A DNA stretch of 64,000 nucleotides from Flavobacteriales bacterium (lineage in GTDB: Bacteria; Bacteroidota; Bacteroidia; Flavobacteriales_D; CAJJDF01): positions 17,343 to 81,342 of the forward strand of contig JABAYJ010000009.1 of the NCBI GenBank assembly GCA_018609055.1. The letters are read 5' to 3'. Positions 57,455 to 64,000 of the stretch are shown piece after piece. Both the position numbers and the translations under genes were made by a program. The notes under the pieces are model-generated. The model searched no databases and was not told the DNA's origin. It saw only the letters and a list, made by a program, of their open reading frames with translations. Each line of letters opens with the position of its first letter. Within the stretch, counting starts at the first letter, position 1.

Positions 57455-58933
57455 TTAATATGCTTTTGCAAATATTACTCTTTCAGACGAAGGATTTCCG
57501 GTAACTATACATTTACCTTCTTCTTTATTATTGTCGAGTAAGATACATCTAATAGTAGCTTTGGTTTCGTCTTTTATTCTTTTTTCAGTTTCTTCTGTTC
57601 CATCCCAATGTGCCGAAATAAAACCACCTTTTTCTTCTAGAACTGATTTGAACTCTTCGTAAGAATTTACTTCTGTGATGTGTTCATCTCTATAATTTAG
57701 AGCTTTAGTATATATTGCTTCTTGAATTTCATCTAATAAAGAAGAAATATGTTTTGCGATCCCTTCTTGCGATACCGAAGATTTTTCTTGAATATCTCTT
57801 CTTGCAAGTTCAACCACATTATTTTCTACATCTCTAGGTCCGATAGCAATTCTCAATGGAACTCCTTTCATTTCGTATTCAGCAAATTTCCAACCTGGCT
57901 TTCTGTTGTCGTCATCATCAAGCTTCACAGTTACTCCTTCAGCTTTTAATTCTTCTTCTATTCTTTTAGCAACTTCCATTACTTTGACAAGTCCTTCGTC
58001 ATCTCTGTATATCGGAACAATAACAACATGTATTGGAGCTAATTTTGGAGGTAGTACCAATCCAGCATCATCTGAGTGAGCCATTATAAGAGCTCCCATT
58101 AATCTAGTTGAAACTCCCCAAGAAGTTCCCCAAACTAATTCTTGTTTTCCCTCTTTAGTTGCAAATTTCACATCAAACGCTTCTGCAAAATTCTGTCCCA
58201 AAAAGTGAGATGTACCAGCTTGTAGTGCTTTTCCATCTTGCATAAGAGCTTCGATACAAAGGGTATCTTCTGCTCCAGCAAATCTTTCGCTATCAGTTTT
58301 TCTTCCTCTTAACACAGGAACAGCTAAATGCTCTTCGGAGAACTTAGCATAGACATGAAGCATTTGTTCTGTTTCTGCTATTGCTTCTTGTTTGGTTGCG
58401 TGAGCAGTATGTCCTTCTTGCCATAAAAATTCGGCAGTTCTTAGGAATAGTCTTGTTCTCATTTCCCATCTAACAACATTTGCCCATTGATTTATTTTAA
58501 TTGGTAAATCACGGTATGATTGTATCCACTTTTTATAAGTGCTCCAAATTATTGCTTCAGAAGTTGGTCTAACAATGAGTTCTTCTTCTAATTTAGCATT
58601 AGGATCAACCATTAACTTTCCTGGTTTGTCAGGATCGTTTTTTAATCGGTAGTGAGTTACAATTGCAGCCTCTTTTGCAAAGCCTTCTGCATTTTTTTCT
58701 TCGGCTTCGAACATATGTTTAGGAACAAAAATTGGGAAATAAGCATTTTGGTGCCCAGTTTCCTTAAATTTTCTATCCAACTCATCTTTCATTTTTTCCC
58801 AAATTGCGTATCCATATGGTTTAATTACCATACACCCTCGCACACCTGAATTCTCAGCTAAATCAGCTTTTACAACCAATTCATTGTACCATTCGGAATA
58901 ATTTTCGCTCCTTGTAGTTAGTTTTTTACTCAT
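57455..58933 (-). CDS. proS: Proline-tRNA ligase (archaeal/eukaryotic type)
   Basis: [28 protein letters not shown]; C-terminal AKAY. Confidence 0.97.
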   Translation of the reverse strand: MSKKLTTRSENYSEWYNELVVKADLAENSGVRGCMVIKPYGYAIWEKMKDELDRKFKETGHQNAYFPIFVPKHMFEAEEKNAEGFAKEAAIVTHYRLKNDPDKPGKLMVDPNAKLEEELIVRPTSEAIIWSTYKKWIQSYRDLPIKINQWANVVRWEMRTRLFLRTAEFLWQEGHTAHATKQEAIAETEQMLHVYAKFSEEHLAVPVLRGRKTDSERFAGAEDTLCIEALMQDGKALQAGTSHFLGQNFAEAFDVKFATKEGKQELVWGTSWGVSTRLMGALIMAHSDDAGLVLPPKLAPIHVVIVPIYRDDEGLVKVMEVAKRIEEELKAEGVTVKLDDDDNRKPGWKFAEYEMKGVPLRIAIGPRDVENNVVELARRDIQEKSSVSQEGIAKHISSLLDEIQEAIYTKALNYRDEHITEVNSYEEFKSVLEEKGGFISAHWDGTEETEKRIKDETKATIRCILLDNNKEEGKCIVTGNPSSERVIFAKAY

Positions 58934-58944
58934 AATTATTGTTC

Positions 58945-58959
58945 TGGCATAGTCTTTGT
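58945..58959 (+). promoter_or_regulatory. Candidate sigma54 -24/-12 element TGGCATAGTCTTTGT
   Basis: TGGCA start with GG-N10-GT spacing upstream of 59057. Confidence 0.5.
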
Positions 58960-59056
58960 TATTTAATCGTTAAATAACGCCATCAAATTTAGATAAATTA
59001 TTGTAAATTAGTGGAGGTTTATGAAGAAACGTAAATACTAACAAAAACAAATAACA

Positions 59057-60589
59057 ATGAAATTCAAGAACTTACTTTTAGCTGCCCTAGTTATCTCAAG
59101 TTTTACTTCTGTCGCTCAAGACGGATTTGAAGACTTTGATGACATCTATTCAGAGAACACAAGACAGGCAGTAATAAAGACTAGCTCTACTGATGCAGAG
59201 GATGAATATGTCTCTGGAGAAGATGCTGGAACTTGGATTGAAGAGGATGAATATTATGATCCTAATTATAATGGAAGTAAAGTTGCTGATGGAAATGTAG
59301 TTACTACTCAAGATGGAAACGGAAATACATTTGTAACTAACAATTATTATGGTAACTATCAATATTCAAATAGATTCAACAGATTTAATTCAGTAGGTTA
59401 CGACCCATATTTTAACTCTTACTGTGGAGGATGGAATACATGGAACAGACCTGGATGGAATGTTGGATGGAATTCATGGAATGGAATGAATGTAGGATAC
59501 GGTTGGGGAAATCCATACTGTTACAATAATGGATGGGGAAATCCTTACGGATTCAACAACTATGGTTACAACAGATGGAACAATAACAATTGGGCTTACA
59601 ATCAAGGTTATAACCAAGGATATAACAATGGAGCTTGGGCTTCTAATGGAAACGATAATGGAAGCAGAGGATATTACTACGGACAAAGAGGAAGTAGAAG
59701 TACAGGATCTGCAGTATCATCTACATATGGTGATAGAAGAAGATCCTCTTCAAGAACTGGTTCAGGACAAGTTTCTTCAAACTCAGGAGTATACTCTGGT
59801 ACACAATCTGAGGGAGCTTCTTTAAGAACTGCTTCAAGAAGACCATCTAGTGCAGCTACAGCTGGAACTGCAACAGCAGGAAGAATAGGTAATGCTCCTT
59901 CTAGCGGAACACCAAGAGTAAGTTCAGCAACAGCTAATGCTAATAGAGGTCAAGTATCTACTACTAGTGCAGTATCAAGACCAAGTGGTGTAAGAACACA
60001 AAGTACTTCGCCAAGAACAACTGCTGGTAGAACAGGAACAGTATCTTCTCCTCAAGGAGCAAGTACTTCTCCTAGAACAACAACAACTAGACCTAGCACA
60101 GGAAGAACTTCTAATACAGCTGGAACTACTCGTCCTACTACAACAAGACCTGTAAGTACTTCGCCAAGAACAACAACTACTACAAGGCCAGTAAGTACTT
60201 CGCCTAGAACAACTTCATCAAGAACTCCAATTGGGCAACCATCAAGACCGACTGTAGGAAGAACAACTAGACCAAGTACAAGTAGACCTTCTGTAAATAC
60301 TAGAACTACTTCGCCAACTAGAACAACAAGAACTTCGACTCCAACAAGGACAACAAGAACTTCAACTTCTACACCAACTAGAAGTACATCAAGACCAACA
60401 AGAGTTTCGACTCCAACTAGAAGTACGTCAAGACCTACACAAACTAGAAGCACATCTAGACCTTCTACTCCTAGTAGAAGTACATCTAGACCATCTACTC
60501 CAAGTAGAAGCTCGGGTAGTAGTTCTTCATCAGGAAGAAGTTCGGGAGGTTCATCATCTTCATCAGGAAGAAGCGGTGGAAGAAGATAA
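59057..60589 (+). CDS. Exported protein with G/W/N/Y-rich middle and long R/S/T/P-rich disordered tail
   Basis: Signal peptide; DDIY motif; low-complexity C-terminal half. Confidence 0.8.
   Translation: MKFKNLLLAALVISSFTSVAQDGFEDFDDIYSENTRQAVIKTSSTDAEDEYVSGEDAGTWIEEDEYYDPNYNGSKVADGNVVTTQDGNGNTFVTNNYYGNYQYSNRFNRFNSVGYDPYFNSYCGGWNTWNRPGWNVGWNSWNGMNVGYGWGNPYCYNNGWGNPYGFNNYGYNRWNNNNWAYNQGYNQGYNNGAWASNGNDNGSRGYYYGQRGSRSTGSAVSSTYGDRRRSSSRTGSGQVSSNSGVYSGTQSEGASLRTASRRPSSAATAGTATAGRIGNAPSSGTPRVSSATANANRGQVSTTSAVSRPSGVRTQSTSPRTTAGRTGTVSSPQGASTSPRTTTTRPSTGRTSNTAGTTRPTTTRPVSTSPRTTTTTRPVSTSPRTTSSRTPIGQPSRPTVGRTTRPSTSRPSVNTRTTSPTRTTRTSTPTRTTRTSTSTPTRSTSRPTRVSTPTRSTSRPTQTRSTSRPSTPSRSTSRPSTPSRSSGSSSSSGRSSGGSSSSSGRSGGRR
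60137..60214 (+). repeat. Imperfect 39-bp tandem duplication (TTTRPVSTSPRTT x2)
   Basis: Units 60137-60175 and 60176-60214. Confidence 0.85.
60446..60505 (+). repeat. Imperfect 30-bp tandem duplication (RSTSRPSTPS x2)
   Basis: Units 60446-60475 and 60476-60505. Confidence 0.85.
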
Positions 60590-60620
60590 TAGCCATTAAT
60601 CAGACTTAATTTTTAATACA

Positions 60621-62120
60621 ATGAAAAGAATATATATAATCTTTATGGGAATTCTTTTGGCAAATTTTGCCTACTCCCAGAACGAAACTGACGCCCTTAG
60701 ATACAGTTATCTTAATTACAATGGAACTGCTAGATATAGTGGATTAGGAGGAGCAATGGGAGCATTAGGTGCAGATATGTCTGCAATATCTATGAACCCT
60801 GCAGGAGCTGGAAGATACAGTAGATCAGATTTTAGTTTTACTGGTGATGTTACTGTTGCTAGAGTAAAAGCAACATTTAACGGAAACCAAGCGCAAGACT
60901 TAAAAGGAAACTTTAACATAAGTAATATTGGAGCTGTATTTGTAAAACCTCTTAGTATCGAGAAACCAACTATGTGGAGGTATTACCAAGTTGGAATAAC
61001 AAGCAGCAGAACGAATGACTTTCATTCGAGGACACTAGCTGAAGGAAATAACTCTAATTCAATGTTAGATGCTTTTTCTGGTTTGTTGAATAGCGAAGGA
61101 TTTGATTTATCTAGTATTGATAATGCTTCACCTTTTTACGAAAGACTTGTTTATGACGCACAATTGTTAGGTTATGATAATACTGAAAATGAATTTTTTG
61201 GATGGTATGATCCAAGTAACCCAACTCCTATAAGACATGTTAGAGAAACTGTAACAAGAGGAGCTCAGTATCAAACTGATATTACATTGAGTGGAAACTA
61301 TAATGGTAAGCTTTATGTAGGTGGTAGTATAGGGTTTCCAAGGATTCGTTATAATTCATCTACGGTTCATACTGAAATATTTAATATAGATTCCAATATA
61401 GATGCTACATACGATACCAAAGAGTTTTCTTTTACGGAAGAATTAAAAACTGAAGGAAATGGTATTAATGCTAAAATTGGACTTATTTATTTACCAGTTC
61501 AATGGTTAAGGGTTGGAGTCTCGCTTCATACACCTACTAGATATTCTATGAATGATAGTTATTCTACAGCTATTGCATCAAGGTTTGTTGCCGATTCATT
61601 TGACCAAGACTTCACTTCGGATGTTGGAGGTTTTGATTATAGATTAATTACTCCGGGAAGAGTAACTGCCAGTGCAGCATTTTTATTAAAAAAGAGAGGG
61701 TTTCTAACTCTTGAATACGAATATGTTGATTATGGTAACTCCACTTTAAAAGAAGCAGCGGCTGCAGCAGCAGGAGCTTATGATTTTGATTTAGAAAATA
61801 GTACTAGCGAATCTATTTATAGAGGTGCTTCTATAATAAAAGCAGGAGCAGAGTTTAGAGTAACAAATAATTGGACAGTAAGAGGTGGTTATGCTTTTTA
61901 TGAGTCTCCTTTTAAGGAAGATATCAATTCTATTGATGCATCAAGAACAAATGTATCTGGAGGTTTAGGTTACAAGAATGCAAACTTCTCTTTAGACTTT
62001 ACTTATTTAAGATCAGCAACAAAAAGCCAATCATTTATGTATGACCCAGCTTTGGTTCCTGAAACAAATATGACAACTGCTATTAGTAACTTTATGGTTA
62101 CTGCCGGATTCAGATTCTAA
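60621..62120 (+). CDS. OmpP1/FadL family outer-membrane protein
   Basis: GTARYSGLGGAMGALGAD..NPAG; C-terminal AGFRF. Confidence 0.85.
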   Translation: MKRIYIIFMGILLANFAYSQNETDALRYSYLNYNGTARYSGLGGAMGALGADMSAISMNPAGAGRYSRSDFSFTGDVTVARVKATFNGNQAQDLKGNFNISNIGAVFVKPLSIEKPTMWRYYQVGITSSRTNDFHSRTLAEGNNSNSMLDAFSGLLNSEGFDLSSIDNASPFYERLVYDAQLLGYDNTENEFFGWYDPSNPTPIRHVRETVTRGAQYQTDITLSGNYNGKLYVGGSIGFPRIRYNSSTVHTEIFNIDSNIDATYDTKEFSFTEELKTEGNGINAKIGLIYLPVQWLRVGVSLHTPTRYSMNDSYSTAIASRFVADSFDQDFTSDVGGFDYRLITPGRVTASAAFLLKKRGFLTLEYEYVDYGNSTLKEAAAAAAGAYDFDLENSTSESIYRGASIIKAGAEFRVTNNWTVRGGYAFYESPFKEDINSIDASRTNVSGGLGYKNANFSLDFTYLRSATKSQSFMYDPALVPETNMTTAISNFMVTAGFRF

Positions 62121-62137
62121 TAAAAATTACAGCAAAT

Positions 62138-62175
62138 AAAAAAGCCCTCTTGCAATATTGCAAGAGGGCTTTTTT
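62138..62175. terminator. Bidirectional terminator, perfect 38-bp palindrome
   Basis: AAAAAAGCCCTCTTGCAAT|ATTGCAAGAGGGCTTTTTT between convergent genes. Confidence 0.9.
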
Positions 62176-62194
62176 TATGATTCTTAATTAAGAA

Positions 62195-62632
62195 TTAATC
62201 TTGTCCTTCAAATTTTCTTTCCGCAGAAGCTCCATTTGCTTGAGCATTTTCTAACCACAATTCATCATTTTTTAATCTATTGATTTTCCATTGTTGAGGT
62301 ATTGTAATAGTAGCATCATCATGAGTAAGAATAAGTATGTCTTTATCGTTACTTAATTGCCAAGTTCCAGTCTCTTCTTGTACTGCTCCATTTGTTGTTT
62401 CACCTCCTGTTTTCCAGTTTCCTTCTTCATCAATAGTTAAAGTTACACCTGCTGTATTTTCAGTAATGTCATCATTAGCATCAGTTGCATAAGTTACTTT
62501 CCATGTGTTTACTAATCTTGCTTTTTTTGTTCTTAAAGAAAAACCTGGTCCATCTGGGTATTTACCACAAGAGGTTCCAAAAATCAGCATAGCTGCAAAT
62601 AATAGTGAAGTAAGTTTAAGAGTTTTAGTCAT
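62195..62632 (-). CDS. Lipocalin-like lipoprotein
   Basis: Lipobox GTSC; RLVNTWKV, GTWQLS. Confidence 0.7.
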   Translation of the reverse strand: MTKTLKLTSLLFAAMLIFGTSCGKYPDGPGFSLRTKKARLVNTWKVTYATDANDDITENTAGVTLTIDEEGNWKTGGETTNGAVQEETGTWQLSNDKDILILTHDDATITIPQQWKINRLKNDELWLENAQANGASAERKFEGQD

Positions 62633-62653
62633 GTTTTTTTATTGTTTAGTTTT

Positions 62654-64000
62654 TTATTTTATTAATGCATTTAATGCATCTTGGTTGATTACTACGGGAT
62701 AAGTTGCCTTAAGGTTTCGTATCCATTCTAATTCCAAATAATTTTGATAATCAGATATTGCCGCACCCCTTGTATCTCTTAGCTCTTTAGCATGTGGCTC
62801 CATTACTTCGAAAACTCTAACAAAAATAAATTTACCATCATCAAGGATAAAATCTGACACTCCAACTTGCTGAGTAAATTTTTGAAGAATCTCTTTTTTA
62901 GAAATTTCATACTTTCCTTTCTCAACATTCATGTTTAATTGAGACTCTTTGTTGCTATAAGTTAATATTTCTTGAGCAGTTTTAGTCGAGTCTTTTGCCA
63001 TTGCAATAGCTTCTTTTATAATATTTATTTTGGCAGAAGAATATATTTCTACATCCAATCTTTTTGTCCATTGGTAATTAGACTGATTCGTTTTGAAGTA
63101 TTCTTTTAGCCCTGTAGTGTCTTCGCTAGATTTTTTCCAAAGTTTGTCATTTGCTATTGCAAACAAGATTATACCATCACTAAATTCCTGCATTAATGCT
63201 TTGTATTCAGGATAGTTAGTGTACAACATAGATTTTTCATAATCTAAAAAATAGTTTGTAACGAAATCTTTGTAAAAATCTTTAATGTCAATATTAGATT
63301 TAGGATTGGCACTCACCAAGTATTCTTTGAATTCACCAGCTGTTACAATAGTTTTCTTCTTAAAGAATCCTTTTTCTTTTTTATAAGTAAATGCTTTTTT
63401 GTTGTCATCTACATTTAATCTTCCTTTAGCTTCTTCGTTATAAGAGTCTTTAATCCATCTCTTAGCTTTATTTCTAAATCTATATTTCTTTTTAAGTTTC
63501 TCTACAAAAAGTTCCTTAGATTTATTGTTCCCTTCTCCTTTCTGAATTTTACTTTCCAGTTCAGCTTTCATAGATTCAAAAGTTCCAATTGGCTCTTGAT
63601 TTAATTTTTTTACAATGTGCCATCCATATGATGTTCGGAAAGGCTCAGAAATATCACCATCATTTTTTAAAGCAAAAGCAACACTTTCGAATTCAGGAAC
63701 CATTCTTCCTGAAGTAAACGGAGCAAGCTCACCACCTTTTTGGTTAGAAGTGTTGTCGTCAGAATATTGTTTTGCTAATTCTTCAAAACTTCCTTTTTGA
63801 TTTTTTAATAATTGATAAATTTCATTTATTTTATCTTCAGCATCTTTAATCTCTTTTTCACTTCCCTCTTTAGGTACTTTGGCATAAATATGAGCTACTT
63901 GAATTCTTCCTGGATTTTCTCTTCGGTCATAAACCTTAAGTAAATGGTAACCAAATTGTGTTTTAACCGGCTCAGAAACTTCACCTATTTTCATGTTGTA
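62654..64000 (-). CDS. Parvulin/PpiC-type peptidyl-prolyl isomerase (SurA/PrsA-like), runs off right edge
   Basis: FEELAKQYSDD..KGGEL, MVPEFE, TSYGWHIVK; frame open to 64000. Confidence 0.88.
   Translation of the reverse strand, partial: YNMKIGEVSEPVKTQFGYHLLKVYDRRENPGRIQVAHIYAKVPKEGSEKEIKDAEDKINEIYQLLKNQKGSFEELAKQYSDDNTSNQKGGELAPFTSGRMVPEFESVAFALKNDGDISEPFRTSYGWHIVKKLNQEPIGTFESMKAELESKIQKGEGNNKSKELFVEKLKKKYRFRNKAKRWIKDSYNEEAKGRLNVDDNKKAFTYKKEKGFFKKKTIVTAGEFKEYLVSANPKSNIDIKDFYKDFVTNYFLDYEKSMLYTNYPEYKALMQEFSDGIILFAIANDKLWKKSSEDTTGLKEYFKTNQSNYQWTKRLDVEIYSSAKINIIKEAIAMAKDSTKTAQEILTYSNKESQLNMNVEKGKYEISKKEILQKFTQQVGVSDFILDDGKFIFVRVFEVMEPHAKELRDTRGAAISDYQNYLELEWIRNLKATYPVVINQDALNALIK

Noticed and set aside
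60052-60453. 133-aa minus-strand Val/Leu/Gly-rich ORF (also 59150, 59474, 59529)
   Set aside because: Shadow frames produced by the low-complexity repeats of the 59057 gene
8621-63800. Remaining short (60-136 aa) nested ORFs in the track, e.g. 8621, 11311, 12916, 13733, 20561, 27809, 35827, 38412, 45792, 63615
   Set aside because: All overlap well-supported genes on the opposite strand or another frame and show no motifs

Overview
AT-rich bacterial chromosome segment from a Bacteroidota organism, probably Flavobacteriales. The assignment rests on gldD/gldE, T9SS CTDs, PorP/SprF, TAnnTTTG promoters and an archaeal/eukaryotic-type ProRS. Most of the window is housekeeping: ispH, cca, tsaC, secDF, tatA, coaE, yajC, nusB, rne/rng, HU, mutY, ssb, mutL, lpxD-like, pheT, rpsT, tRNA-Glu and proS. 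No CRISPR array, rRNA, transposase or integrase was seen. The standout is a tightly packed 7-gene minus-strand cluster (31467->22132). It looks like a split, lipoprotein-anchored version of the Planctomycete-type DUF1549/DUF1553 + DUF1501 + PSCyt1-cytochrome module, joined to a T9SS type-B cargo protein and its PorP partner. Other oddities are a sulfatase/alpha-beta-hydrolase chimeric ORF beside an FGE-family gene, a uracil-DNA glycosylase gene broken by a 1-nt insertion, an unlisted 30-aa bS22-like gene, three sigma54-like motifs and an orphan CdiI-like immunity gene. All family assignments come from motif recognition by eye; no database search was run.
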